A DNA stretch of 64,000 bases from Trichoplax adhaerens (lineage: Eukaryota > Animalia > Placozoa), in NCBI RefSeq assembly GCF_000150275.1, contig NW_002060944.1:623614-687613 (forward strand). The letters are read 5' to 3'. Shown here piece after piece: positions 12,524 to 27,540 of the stretch. Each line of letters starts with the position of its first letter. The stretch's first letter is position 1. The translations under genes were made by a program, and so were the position numbers. The notes under the pieces were generated by a model. It was given only the letters and a program-made list of their open reading frames with translations, had not been told where the DNA came from and ran no database searches.

Positions 12524-12693
12524 TCTTCAACCTGAATATCTCTAGTTTCTGTTCATACAGGTAATTAATAAATAATGTCATATGAAATTCAAGAATATGG
12601 AAGGGACTTGTTATCACTTTTGCACTAACATCTGCCATGACTTCACTTAATAGACCCAGGTATCTTCAACCTGGATATCTCTAGTTTCTGTTC
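12524..12693. repeat. 31-bp direct repeat pair
   Basis: tcttcaacctg(a/g)atatctctagtttctgttc at 12524-12554 and 12663-12693. Confidence 0.8.
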
Positions 12694-14839
12694 GTGCCAA
12701 TGATTAATGCTTTCATTTAAATCTCAATATCTTTCATAAATCGTGATTCATAACACTCAGAGGAAAAATAAATAATATCCGGTACAAATTGCTCAATAGA
12801 CATCCGTAAAACAGCTCTTTAATAACTCTAGTACTTTATCGTAGCAACTTTATTAAGCAACTGAAACAAGAAACACACATAACGAATTTTATACTCAAGA
12901 TAAATTACACTACGGTTATTTTAACGCATATATATAGAACCATAGAAACACAATAAACGTAGTTTTCTTATCTAATCAGAGAACAATAGATAATTAATGA
13001 TATTCCGTTATTATAGGGTGTCATAAAGTGACCTTTCCTACAAAATAATAATTTTATTTTCGTCAGATAACATACCACTATCTATGAGGTCATATATACT
13101 TTTAATAGATAACTGTATAGTTTTATAATATTATCTATAAACTTAAAATTAAGATTTATTTCAATAAACTGTAAATTGAATGATTTTTCAATTCAAAGTT
13201 TGGGTTCAGTCATGTCTAATAGAGACTGGCTGTGTTACTGTTCCTCCAGGCGATAGGAGATCGTCAGTATTTAGAGCTAAAGTGTAGGTAAATATCAGGG
13301 AGGACATACCTAACGGTAGACTCAAAGTGTGCAATTTCTATACTAGTTTAAATTTTTCACCGTTACAAATTTCGATTTGTAACATATTTTGTGCACTCTG
13401 GTCGATTTAATATAACTTTGATACGGAAATAATTTGAAGAAAAACTGAATAACAATTTATTAACTGATAGAGATTATAAAGCCAAACAAGCTCACTAATA
13501 AATAAAATTAGTAAGATTTAAATATAAGCGAAGAGAGACAAAGGTTAAGCTGAAGCAGCGAACAATCAAACAATCTTACAGAAAATCAACCATTTCATTC
13601 ACAACTTATGGACCTAGCAGGCCTCAAACTGTAAATTAGTTCTTAAAAGTTATCATTCTCTGCTCTCTGCACCTAATTTTCTAATTCCATAGCCTTTCAT
13701 AGGCTTCGTGTAGCTCTTGGCGATTTTTTAAAACTAGCATACGTAAAGCATCACGTTCAAAATTAGCTTGAACATTCGATTTGCACCATTTACGAAAACA
13801 AAAATCACACATAGTTCCGAACGGAAACACTTTAAGGTTCGGTAACGAAACTTGAAAACAATAACAAACTAACCATGATATATTTCAAATTTTATTCCCA
13901 ATACGTTTTTTAACTAACACACTGTACGAAAAACTAATCATTAGTTTTCAAACCAACAAGATGTACCATTAATTAAAGCAATAAGTTTAACATCATACTA
14001 TATTTTCCCCCTTTTTGCTATAGTTGCGGTTAAGGATGGTTAACCTATAGCTAAACCCTTGATATAAGTCTAACCCGTAGCAGACCGTATGGTTAATGAG
14101 ATGAATATACGGCTATATTCTAATTTGTTCTGGCGATTAATTTACTACGGCAACGACACAGATATGCTGTCTGCAATTTACCAAATTTAAATCTCGAAAT
14201 GTCATACTTAATATTTCATATTTTTACGAATTGAAGCGTATAAAATAATTTATTCATTACGAATTAGGCTATTAATTGATTAGCTGTACTAGCCTTGATG
14301 AGAAATTTATTTGTATCTGAAACTTAGCAGTTTCCACTCCTCTTCGCTGACGCATTATCGTTTCCTTAAATTAGGTCATTAATTAGTTTTACTATCGTAG
14401 TTTTGATGAGTATACCCAGCTCTTTCTGCTCCTCTTTGTAGATTTAAAATCGTTCTATTAACATATAATAATAAGATTTTTGTTAGTTTAGCAGATACAG
14501 TTTCCAAGAATAAACTCAATAGGGCTAGCAGTAAAACATTCTGTGTGATTTTAATAAAGTATTAACGTAAGCATAAAATTATCAATACTTAAGTAAGTAG
14601 AAGAGCGCTATAGATAAAATAGTTGCCTAAGGGCATTTAGCTGATGTTATCACCAGCTGTGAATTTTCGGCTAATATCTTATTTGTAAGATTGTTAATGT
14701 GTTCGTTTATATTTGTGATATATCGCTGTTAAACCGTTACCTTTGTTCAACTGTATAGCAATATGGTAATTTTAGTGAAGTTTGTTCAATACTCTAACTT
14801 TACTAGACTCGCCTGGAGATTTCTAGTACATCTTCTTTG

Positions 14840-17800
14840 TTACAAATTTAAATCAGAAGAAATTCGAAAATGAGATACATCTCTCTCAACAATTTGATTC
14901 AATTTCTCTCTCATTTCGGCATTGATTTTCAGTAAGTAATTCATTTGATTAACTAATGCTTCAATTCTACGATAATAAAGAAAAAATTGAAAATCATTCG
15001 ATTATTCTAAATTAGAATTAAATAGTCTTGTATATCTAAGCTACTAAGATAGAGTACACTATTTTTTCCCTCATAAGCTGAGTGAATATTGACATTATGA
15101 TAAATTCTTTAAAGATTTCTGTCAGTATTACCCTTTTTCTTGATTGGATACAGTTTCTTGCAACTCATGATATCCGTTGTCTACTGTAACGGATTTTTCT
15201 AAATTGGTCCCGTGCTGCGTGAAATGTTTTTGAAGCTAAAGGAAATAAATTTTTATTGAATGCCTTGACATTTCCGTTAAATTTTACCGACGGTACAAAC
15301 TACTTCTGAAGATAGACTGCTGCATTTAATAAATCAACGCATTTTCTTATATGATGATGCAGACTAAATACTGAGACGATAATTAAGCGTTACATTAAAT
15401 TTTGCTACCGTAAATTGTATATCGTAGCTGTAATTGAAATTTTTATTTGACAATTAATACATAGGTCATTTGCGAAAATAGTGCAATCTAACAGCACAAT
15501 TAATTGCGATTAGAGTGCTAATTGACATTAAATCACCGTAAATATGACTACATATTGTAATTCGACTACCTAAAACTACTGTTAGATATCACATTTATAA
15601 ATATTGCTGTACTTACTAGGTAACTTACTGCTTAAATTTATGCGAAAACTATTGATACTACGATATGTAGCGACTTCAGAAAAGTAATGTATTTCAAGTT
15701 TCGTAGGGGGCAAGAAGATACTATCATTTCCACAATTTTCCATGGTGTAAAGTAAAGGTGTCTTCAGTTACTGCCAGATTTACAAGATTAAGGAGATCTT
15801 TGATTCCTCAAAATCTTGTAAACTCAAAAATTTGTTTCTGCGATACTTTTGTTACAAAAGTGCTTTATAATAGCATTAAACTGGTAACTAAAATGTCTTA
15901 AAAATAAAATTCTATATAACATAATTTAATGCGAATCAAACTATCAACTACAGACTTATACATAGCATCAAAGTAGATGAAAATAATAGCCAATACTGAC
16001 TCGAGTAAGCAATCCTAGCTGTCGTTTTTCCTCCTTGCGGGTGTAATATTTATTCCTTAATGCATAAGGCAATGTTCTTTCAACTTGGTCGATAAATTCA
16101 ACTTGAATTCTTAAACGGCTAAGAACGGCATTCCTTTCAATTTTATCGATATCACCAACGGCTAAACCAACCTATGTTGGCAAAGTAAAATGCCAACTGT
16201 AATTATATATACATTTTTGCATAAGCCATCGTACACATTTTGCTTACCATCAGGTTCATTGCTGCGATAGGCATGACGACAGAAAAGATAACTAGAAGGA
16301 TTAGCGTAAGAATATTAAAGGGGGCCTGTATTGTTTTGTTATAGATGGGATCAAAGAAGACATCCTTGTAGTCTAATTCTCCAAGCATCATGTCGAAAAC
16401 TTTGAGGAAAGAATATGCTACAGTGCTGAAATATTTCTGTCGTAGAAGCCAAAGAGGTCGATTAGTTACATGGAATGGATTACAGCTTGTAGCTTACTCA
16501 AATGGTTAATCTTTTTGTTTTCTATTATAAATGAACGCATTAATTTACCTCATGACCCATCATAACATAAAAGCTGAGACCAAATGCAACGATAAGGAAT
16601 GCTAGCATTAGACCGACCTGGCGATAATTAGAAAATTTGCATAAATAGAATACTTAGTTAAGAGAATGTAGATTATAATAATATGCTTTTTATCAGTATA
16701 AAATTAATCCTTAATAGATTATTTTTTGAGGTTCATTAAATGCTACAGAATCAAAACAATATCGATATTTTATCATTTTACCTTAGCAATAGTAAGCAAA
16801 ACTGATCGAAGCATGGCAACATAAATACCAAAAGTAGGCAACCTAGGTCCAATAAAATATTGAATTAACACTTTAATTTTGATTACCATCTTTATAGACA
16901 CATATTATAATGAAATCTCGCTATATTAGTCTAGGAATATTACAGCATTATAATTTAAAGGTATTAACAGTATTTAATCATCTATTTTTCAGATATTCAT
17001 TATTCCATATATATAGCCATTATCATTATAAAAACAGATTCTACTTTTTGTCGTTAATTACTAAAAAGTAGATATAGATATTGTTCTACTAGATCTTTAA
17101 CAAGATTGCTATCATGCTTAGATTAAGAATAAATAGTATTTAAATATTTCTCACGTAATAGTACCGTAATGGTAAGATAAAATAAATTTCGACTGTAAAC
17201 AATTTTGATCTATTTACATTTACGAAAATATGCTATTTCTTTGACAGAATCTATCATTTCAATATTTACCGTTGAAGAAAAACTACTAAATTGCACCAGG
17301 TTAGGCAGATATTAATGCTGCCTAACGCCCATTGATCGGTGCTAGGCTCATATCCAGGTGGAACAGAAAAGGTGATAGCAGAAATATACATAAATAATTC
17401 AATGTAATTGGTATAGTATAGGAAGTAGGACAATCCCTGCCAAGTAAAATGAAAAATTAAAGTTAATCAAATCTAACTTTTTGATATTTTTTCATGACGG
17501 TAGAATAAAATTTAGAGAACGTTGCCAGCGATTACAAATAAGCATATATCTATGCGCTGACTATTATCAGTCAATCAGTAATTTATTCTCTTCAATTAGA
17601 TTCTCGCCAGTACAAATTCCTTAGGTAAAAATATGAGTAATGAATTAAGCATGCATATACCTGACGCAACATTTGGAGGATTTCCGTTCCTAAATTAATC
17701 ACACTAGCGGCAAGGATAATCAGTTGAGTAATGAACAAGTCCGGCCGTGAAGACTAAAGCAATGTTACGAGATAACATGATTCACTGATAGCAATATTTA

Positions 17801-20800
17801 TAATGTAATCCATTTCATATTTAATTAATCTTAATAAATTAGCTTTGATCAAGGCAAGATGCCAATAAAAATTATAAAAAATCGTCTAAATAGTCTGAAG
17901 CAATGAACGTACGACTGTATAATAATAGTCAGTCTTTGTCTGATTTTCGCTTGTATAGGTATATGGAGTGAAACCAGAAATGTTTGTCTCATAAAAACTA
18001 GATGAAACAATATTGCCAGGTGGACGTAGAGCGACAGTATAGTAGGTTAAAGCAGCCACAAATAAGAGATAAAGAATCAGATTGCCAAAATAAAGTGGAA
18101 TACCAAATGTACGCCTATGCATTGGGACAGAATAAAATAAAATAATACAGAACAGTTCCATTATAAGGACTAAAACTTACAAAAGCCTTTCTTAAAATAT
18201 TTAAACCGATTTTACAAAGTTTATCCTTAAAACTAACATCGAGATCCAATACAGTTGGACCTTGTCATTACTTAACTCTACTTGCAATTTACAAGAGTTT
18301 TGGCACGAAATTAGCTGAGAACTACTACTGCGACTACAAACCATTTAGCATCAAGTAAAGCCTGAGATAATTCATGGAGCAGTAATTCTGTTCTTTCGTG
18401 TTTAAGCATAGTCTATTTATCGATAATTGTAGATAAATAAGGGCTTAATGTCAAACAGAACATATTGGTGTCTAAATATTTAATCAACTATATTAGAAAC
18501 CTTAAAATCAGATTTAGCAATATTCTTACCATTAATGCACTACATTTACATTGATTTTTTGAGCTCTCTCTTAAACGCATTTCTACCATGGGCCCAGGAT
18601 CTAGTATTGAGTAGTCATATACAATCTAAAGAATGAGGTAAAAGATCGAGAAAAGTAAAACTAAAACAATCAAATAGCTTTGCAGCTAAAAATCAGTAAT
18701 GACCTTCATCCCTACTAGATTGATTATTCCATTTCTTGTCAACTATGATTGCATTACATTATCATTCATTTATAAATCTTAGATAGTAAACACAAACAAG
18801 GAAAGAAGTACTCATCTATCTTTTGAAAACTCTTATAGCAATATTGAACTAAATTAATCCTATCGGTATTGTTTACAAATGTTTATATCACAAGTGGGTT
18901 CGAATAAGGTTTCAACTTTAAGTAAATGGATTCGGATGATACTTTAAATCTATTTTAGCGATTTTGGCAATTTTAGTTAAAATTCTATATATAACAGACT
19001 CGTTATAAGATAATGTGATGCTGCACCGTTTGAACTGAGATTTTATCATTACTATTATACTTTAATAACCATATTTCTAAAATCAACTCGTCAATACAAA
19101 TTGGCAATCTCTCGTTAGACTTTGACTGGATTCGGCGAATAAATATAGAAAAACACAAACCGTTTTATCTATACTTTCACTGGTACTACTTGCAATAGAT
19201 AAGTCCATCACGCCCTGTCAGGGAACAAAAATAAGGATGAAATCGATCAAACAAAACAGTGTTGTCCGGATATAAATGACAAAAATCTTACTTTTGCAAC
19301 GGTTGGCAGTTTCTCAATTAAGTTTTGCATCACGGAAAACCCCTTATCATCAAATCGATTTAAAATCTCTCTGCTCCTAATAAGATATACCGATACCATA
19401 GACAGTTAGGAAAAGCAGGATTAACCATTGAAAACTTTGAAAGATAACTAATAGGATTATCTTCACTTTATTTTTATTATAACAATTTGTCTATTATTCT
19501 ATGATTTAGCTACATACAGGAACACATTACCTCTTATGCTTAACAATTAATAGAGCAGCATCTTCGTGTCCACCTTCAATCGCTAGATCTAAGCAGGTCT
19601 TTCCTTTATTATTGCACATCGTTATATCGCTACCTCTTTCTAGTAATAATTTAACAACAGCACTTGATCCTTGACTGGCTGCTAAATGTAGAGGTGATTC
19701 CTAAATTGGATCCATATCAAAACAAATTTGTTCACTATTGCCTGATACAGCAAAGTAATTGGTTCAAGAGCTATGTAACAGTTGAATCCTTGTAATACTT
19801 AACAATTTGAAAACCAAGATAGATTGCTAGGTATTAGCCGATTTATACAGCATCAAAATCACATATCTTATTGCACAAATCTAATCTTATAGCTAAACAA
19901 TACTTCAAAAGTGCATAATATTACCGATCTAGAATTAATTCGATTGAGATCAGCTCCATTTTTCAGCAGCAATTTTCCTATTTGAGCAAAACCTTTAGAT
20001 GCAGCATATTCTAAAGGTGTCATATAACTGCCGTCTCTGCAAACAATTATTATTTATGTTATTATGATAATATTAATGTAGCAGGTAATATTAAACTCTA
20101 TCATAATCTATAGTATTTCAGTAATGCAAAATTTTACTATCCATTATATCTAGCAATCATTATTCCTGATGCAATAAAATTATTCATTTTTTTACCTTTT
20201 CTCAACATCTGCACCGTACTTTAACAGCATTGCGGTGACATCTTCCGCATTATTTATAACTGCAAAATGTAAAGGAGTTCTTGATTTCTCTCCCAAATAA
20301 TTAACGGATGATAGGGAAGCTTCACATAAATACTCAGCTATAAGTAGATCGCCTTTCCTGTAAGACAAAAGGAGATGAATTTAAAATCATTTTTCAATAC
20401 CAGACAATAAAATAGTATTTCGATTTAAGATTATTGTATTATTTGCATCTTATGAAATCATTACTTATTGCATAGCAGACATCAATCTCATATACGAGAT
20501 ATAACATATACCAGATAATATTGGCTGCAACAGCTGCTACATAAGATTGATTAAAACTATTAGATATTGTATAGTATACGGTATAGCAATTTGATATACA
20601 TTAGAGAATATCCACTACGTTAGTCTCAACAGATAACATAATGCCTCGCTAATATAGCTCTGTTCGATATCAAAATATATATTGATTTCATTAAATAACT
20701 TTGCAAGCAAATAACCCTGATAATCCAAACTATAATATCTAAATCTATACTGGTGAAGACTTATTTTATACTAGATATTATACCCACAAATACCCTGAAA

Positions 20801-23800
20801 ACAGCTTCAACAATGTCCAATTTAAGATGTTACTTAGCTAAACATTCGGAAAAGTTACCTATTTTAAACTGTTAAATGAAATTGGAATAACCATTTGACT
20901 TACACGCAAGCCATATGAAGTGGTATATTATCATCGTCATCGTGGCAGTCAACAATTGCACCGTTGCTAACTAGTAACTCAACAATCTAATAAAGTAAAC
21001 ACATCAAATATCATTTGAGTCTTTCAAAAGTTTGTAATTGGGATTTATACTATTGTAGGGTATAGATTCTATTTCTGATATAATATGAGCTAAAAGATTT
21101 CGTTAACCTGATGATTTCCACTTTGCACTGCATAATGCAAAGGTGTTTTTTCAAAGTTATCAGCTAAATTTAAAAATTTACCAGCATATATCTGCAAGTT
21201 TACGAGAAAAATTTTTCGGTTATAAAACGATCAAGTAACAAATGAGATGATAATTTAATCTATTAGCAAAATTATTCCATAAATTGAGTAAGAATTATGT
21301 TTGATTTGTAACTTACTCGTAATAAGTGTTGAATTAATTGTAAATGACCATTTCGAACAGCGAGATGAAGACAAGTTCGCTGTACTTCATCTACGGCAGA
21401 AATATCAGCATTATGTCGGAGTAAATAGTCGATCACTTTAATATGGCCTTTAGCTGCAGCATACATCAGCGCTGTTTTCTTAGTATAGTCAACGGCATCA
21501 ATATCAGAACCCTATAATAGAACAATAAATATTACAGTCAGCATGAAATGACTCTTTTGAATAGGTTATACTAATTGTCATTTAGGATAAAATATGTAAC
21601 CACAAATATACTAATTACTTTATTTAATTAAGTTCTTTTCGTACTATTAAATTGATTATTCCAGAAGAAACAAGCACGTAAATATTAATATTCTCCTTAT
21701 AAACATTTATTTGTGAATTCAGCGCCTTAACTAATTTGGTTCGTGGCAAGATTATTTTGGACTAATAGAATGATTGAGCATATACAATCAAAATGGTGTA
21801 GGAAGTTAATCCAAAGTAGATATGCAAGGACAATTGGATATACATTTTCTACTAGTGAATATAAATATTTAGATGATTCAATGTAATATTACTAGATTGG
21901 CAAATGTTTAAGATTTACAATCGCTAATCTCAACTTAGGCTAAAACGAAAATATCTATTCTGTAATGCAATATAGAGATCAATGCCAGACTAATCATTTT
22001 TCATAAAGAAAGGCTTAGCTAATTTTACCATACTTACAGAATCTACTAGTAATTCCATAATAGGTAAATGACCATATAAGCTTGCAAGGAAAAATGGTGT
22101 TCTGTACTGATAGTTGTTGATATTTATCGAAGCTCCTTTATCAACCAGCAATTTAGTAGCCTCATAGTAACCATTAGCTGCTGTAATATGTAAAGCGGTC
22201 CCTCCACCGTTCTATAGTGTCACGCAGAGACATTAATAAGATTACAATAACGATTCAAAAAGTAAATAAACAATTTTAAAATTTGCTAATTTATTTATGA
22301 TAGAGGAAAGTGTTGACAATTTCTGCATTTACGAGCAATGGCTAACAGAATACTTCTTAACAAAAGCAAAAGAAATTATTTTCACTCTATCAGTTCTTTA
22401 TACTAGAATAGAGTTGACATTCGTTCCATTCTCTAAGCAAATTTCCATTGCCTAGCAAAAAATATAAGATTCGCAGATAGATTAAGGAGTTCGTAAAGTA
22501 TTCGCACATTTTTAAGTAATGTATAGACATAATTTTACGTGATTAAAGCAGTAGTCACGATTAAATGATATAATATAATTGTAGGCAAACTTCAGCTTTT
22601 ATTAATTTCTTTCTCTAGATACGAGTATAATTTTTCCTGTTATCACCTTGACATGACCACCTTGTGCTGCGCGATGGAATGGCAGTTGCTTTTCGTTGTC
22701 TTCGCATTTAAGAAGATTAGTAGCAGATAATCCGTAGCTAGTGGAAGCTTTCAAGAATAATTCAATAACTTGCACATGACCTTTGGATGCCGCAGTATGG
22801 ATTGGCATACTACCATCGATTGCGGGAGCTAACAAGTCACCATTATGTTTAAGCTATAAAAGCAAATATGCTAGCATTAAGATTTACTTGACTAACCCTA
22901 CATTACAGCAAGATAAATCTTTACAAGGAATACTGTTATTAAAATTTTAATTTCAGCTCTTTCATTACTGAATGATTCTGACATTACTAACATGAGCTAG
23001 TAAACAGTATAACTGTTAATTACTACTTATCAATGCCATGATCAAGCTAGTCGGCTTACAAGATGTTGACACACTTTAAGTTTTCCTCTCATAGCAGCTA
23101 GATGTAATGGTGTATTCAAATCATCATCCACGACGTTGACATCAAGTAGCTTATTCTCAGTAATATACTAACGTAAGCAATACAATTTAGGCATCATCAT
23201 TAATCTCTCAATATTTCAAAAAAGATTTAACATAGCACCAAAATAAATTATTTGAACTGTTACCGTGATAGAAGCAATAATACTAAAAATACAAGTAAAT
23301 ATGTATATTTTTATTAAGGTTGTAATATACTTATTAGTTACCTTACATATCTTTAAATGGCCTAGTTTACTGGCTTCATGAAGCAGAGTAGAACTTTGAT
23401 CATCGATTAATTTAACTTCAGCACCGGCCTCATGCAAAACTAGAAAACTAGCCAAGCTGTTATATTTAACGGCCACAAATAAAGGTGTATTGCCATCATA
23501 ACCTCGAATATTGACGTCTAGTGGTGGTACAACACAAACACAAAATGAATCTTAACTAGAAAAAATCAAAGGTTAAATATGCATAACTTCTTTATCTGAG
23601 TCAACTAAAGCGCCAATTACAGCAATTTTATCGCCACCGTTAATCATCCTATAAATTACGCATCTCAATTGCATTGAATTGTAGATTAGAAAAAACAGAA
23701 TGAATGATGTAAAATCATATACCTGCACCACAAGAGATTAACGTCTTGACTACATCGACGCGATTACTACGCACAGCATAGTGCAATGGGGACAGCTGAT

Positions 23801-24722
23801 GTTCATCTAAATTATTGCAAATATTTTTTTCATCTTGATGTGAAGCGAAATGATTTTCTACTGCAGTGATATCTCCAAACTTTGCAGCCTAAGCATGATA
23901 AAGTAATATCATCCAATACTAATTAAGAATAGAATGTAATCTATAACGACAGCTACGGTACTGCTTACAAATCAAACTATTAAATATCTTGACGAAGGAA
24001 AGCAGGGCGTTTACAAGCATAGCTATTGCTAATTAGTGTTACGATGATGAAATTATTAAATCGGTAGACGAGATCAAGTTAATCCAATAAACTGAATTGC
24101 AACACTTCTTTTGGAGAAAATTCAATATTATATTAGTACTGTATACGAGTACCGTACTTACCCAAAAGAGATCTTTTAAATATTCATTATCGGCACGGTT
24201 TATGCTATTGACTTGATCCTAAATAGTAAATATTAAAAAGAAAGCGTTATACAAGAGAGTCTTTTAGGCTTATAAACAACTTGAAAAGTTCATGCTCATT
24301 AGGTACCAGTAGCAAAATATTGTCATTTGATAAGCTAGTTTTTGATTACTGACACTAAAGATAAAGTAAAATTTGAACCGCTTACGTAAACTATAAAAAA
24401 TTTATAACTGAAAGATATGTGATAAGATTGTAATCAACTGAAAATAGCCAATTTTATAACTTAATACTAACATAAAAGTAAAATTCCTGATTAAAAGAAA
24501 AGGGATACGATCGAAGCAACTGAAAATAGCCAATTTCATAATGGAATACAAACGTAAAAGTAAATCACAAGCTATGATGCTGCATTTCGCTGACGCTTAT
24601 TACAATAGCATTTCAACGAAGGTAATCTCGTTCATGTTGCATCATTTAAATATCTTTACCAATTCTCTTATATCAATTTCCAGAGGCCGCTGAGATGTCA
24701 GTCGTCTGAGAAATAGATTCAT
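14840..24722 (-). CDS. TRPA1: TRPA1-like channel, paralog B (complete, 27 coding exons)
   Basis: Exon 1 MNLFLRRLTSQRPLEIDIREL (24660-24722); ankyrin exons collinear with paralog A; pore FDMMLGELDY; S6/TRP-like helix MNLMVGLAVGDIDKIERNAVLSRLRIQV; coiled-coil-like last exon IEALVNQMNYLLKINAEMREKLNQ...DLNL* with stop at 14840-14842. Confidence 0.93.
24435..24565. repeat. Short tandem duplication (period 82) in intron 1 of paralog B
   Basis: caactgaaaatagccaattt...aaaagtaaa at 24435 and 24517. Confidence 0.75.
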
Positions 24723-24892
24723 TATGTTGATTGATTGTAATTTTTCAAGTTGGCTAGAATGAGTTGAACCAGTGTTGGTCAATAATTTTCTGAAGACATG
24801 AATCGAATCGCGCGTTCAATTTCACCGTCAGTTTCGTTTAAAGTCGGGGTAACTTATAATCGAAACGATCGTAAATAAAGTTTCGCTCAATT

Positions 24893-24899
24893 TGACTCA
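24893..24899. promoter_or_regulatory. AP-1 consensus TGACTCA in the proximal promoter of paralog B
   Basis: 171 bp upstream of the ATG; conserved with 9853-9859. Confidence 0.45.
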
Positions 24900-25429
24900 A
24901 TTCTTTTTCTTTTTATCTTTTCGAGTTTAAACTATAATTGTTGATGATGTTTTTCGACAGTAGTATTAGTGCTATATGACTACGTAAGATTGGCAATTAA
25001 TGAATTCAATTGTAATACTGTAGCGGTTTATTACGCTATGCGACGGTACAGACGTAGTCATGGACTAATTAAACACGGGTTGTTTAGTAGTTTATGACAC
25101 AGTATGGAAGCAAATGATTAATAAATATGTTTATAACGAAAGAACTACTAGATACACATCCGGTTATCCATGTTATTACCAATTAACATTTAGCCAGGGC
25201 ATAAATATGAATGAATCAATCAATAATTTGGCAGTAGGCAGTCTGTCCATGACCAACTGTTGATTACTAAAATGTGAACACCAGACTTAAACCGAACACT
25301 AACTAACAGTGCCGTAGTTAACAGTCCCCTTACTTTCTTATTTTAGCAGTATTTAGTTAGTACTTACTAACTATAGCCAGGTTCGCAGATCACTCACAGA
25401 GCGTAGCTAAATTATTACTTGATTATTAT

Positions 25430-27540
25430 ACCAACTATTTGGAGTGGTGAAAAACACATTCCGAGGCCCTATCTCCAAGAAAGAAAATAATCAACCCAAA
25501 TATTTTAAAGTGTTTCTACTATTATTTCCGGTCTTGAATGGATTGAATATCGAATTTGGCTAATATATAGCGGACAAGATATCCTGATAAGAGAAAATAC
25601 GGACTGATCTGTAGAGGTAAAAGCTCTTTATCTGATGTATCTTAAAGCATTGGTTAAAGATAATAATTGTACAGTAGCAATGCATTGCAAACAGAGGTAC
25701 AGTAAAAGAAAAGGCTTCAACTTTGCAAGCAGACATCTCTCCTTTGCTTCTATAACCAATATACTATATAAAAAATGTAGCAAAGATGCAGCACACTATA
25801 CTATACTAATGCTACTGTACTGTAAAAAAAATTATAAAAGTCCTTTTACTGTACAATATACATATTGTATTAAAATAGCCAGATCTAGTATACAATCATG
25901 CATTTTGATAGACATATTCTCTATTATCTGCCTGCCTTACTTCCTCATTTCTATTCTCATGCTTATAAATGTTTTTTACACACTCTATCAAATGTATGGT
26001 TATTTTTCCATTTTTCAAGCAATAACAATAGTCTTACAAGTAATAGGACAACAAGTGCACTTGTCAGCACGTTGCTATGGCGTACGGTGATAATAGTAGG
26101 GGTAAAGATGGCAAACCTTAAAAATGGTGCCAGTGAACAACAGTTTCATTTCTAATCAGAGGTTCAACGAAGGTTAATTTTTGGAAATCTCCTTCAAGAT
26201 TTTTTATTTTAACAATTATTGTAGCTTTAAAAGTAATAGATTGAATTTGGTTACAATTGATTTCACTTCGCATCTTAGTACCCGTGTACGCATATTGAGA
26301 ACCCGGCTACGGTATTAAAATTACTATGAATAAAAGCTATAGATCTTGATTAAATCTAGGCGACAAAAAATCTCTATTAATTTTGTAACAGTAAAATCAT
26401 GTAAATTGCATACTGTACAATGCATAAAATTATTACAATTTTCAATTCACTTAGTAATTGACGTAATTATCTATTTTGCACTTGTCTATCTAATAGAATA
26501 AGTTGATATTTTAATTTATAATGTTACTGGTCTGAGCGGAGCAGCTCCTTGTTCTAAATTGACTAGTTCTTCTTTACTTCATACCAGCAATAAATTGCTA
26601 ATTTGGTAGTATAATTGTACCGACTATTCGGAGTAACGAAAAGCCCATCTCGAGATGCAATCTCAAGGAGCGACCGCTATCAATTCAATATTTTAAAGTA
26701 TTATTACCCTTATTTTTGGTCTTTTGCTACTAGTATAACGACTGATTGACGATCAAATTCGGCTAATATCCGGCGAACAAGATTTTCTATTCAGGGTACT
26801 GTAAAAACTCTTTATTTTGATGTATCCCAAATTTATGGCCCCCATCAAGTCCTAATTAATTATAAAATTATAATATCTATAACTAATCATAAAATTATAT
26901 AATTTAAGACAATACAATCTCTATACGGCATAATAAATTGGTTAGCCACACGCAATACCCATGCATTGCCCATTGCATGCAGAGCTAAAACATACAGGCT
27001 TCGGTTTGGCAAAGAATGATTTTTAATTTTACTCCAATAACCCACTACTGTATGTTTTAGTAACTTACAGTCTTCTACTACGGATACGAAAGGTGCAGTA
27101 AAGATTGAGCACACTGCAAAGAATAATTTTCCTTATATTCTAATAGCCTACTACTGTATTTTGTAGTACGTATATTCCTGTTCTAGGTAGATGAAAGATA
27201 TAGTAAAGATGAAGAATACTGCGTTTGAGTATACTGTTATGTAAGGCTTAATGTAACATATGCTGCTGTTCTACCTGCAGTCTACTCCACTGCATCAGCC
27301 AAAGCTTGTAAGCAGTCTCTCTACAGTATTGTCTTAAAAATTGCAATGACTGGGTCTAGTAAGATATTTTCTACATCAGTCTACCTTAGTTCCTCATCTC
27401 CATTCTTATTCTAATAAATTTTCTCATGTCCTTTCTCATACGTATCGTTATCTTTCCATTTTTTGAGAACAATAATATTAAAAGTGATATTATAATAACA
27501 AGGATACTAGTCAGTTTATTGCTATACCAGTAATAGTCGT
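25430..27540. repeat. Old direct duplication (~25430-26070 vs ~26620-27530) between paralogs B and C
   Basis: Collinear blocks such as actatt(t/c)ggagt, aatattttaaagt, ggctaatat, gatgtatc, ttcctcat, tttccattttt. Confidence 0.65.

Noticed and set aside
16370-16395. Glu instead of human Asp915 in the selectivity filter (MLGE)
   Set aside because: Common in invertebrate TRPA1 channels, so not unusual.
24777-24800. uORF MSSENY* upstream of paralog B as a frameshifted ancestral start
   Set aside because: Alignment to paralog C's start is ambiguous; ATG 24722 has equally good homologous context.
25635-26155. Longest ORFs in the track (151 aa and 85 aa, + strand)
   Set aside because: Composition of random AT-rich DNA, no motif, and the frame is not preserved in the duplicate at ~26.8-27.5 kb.
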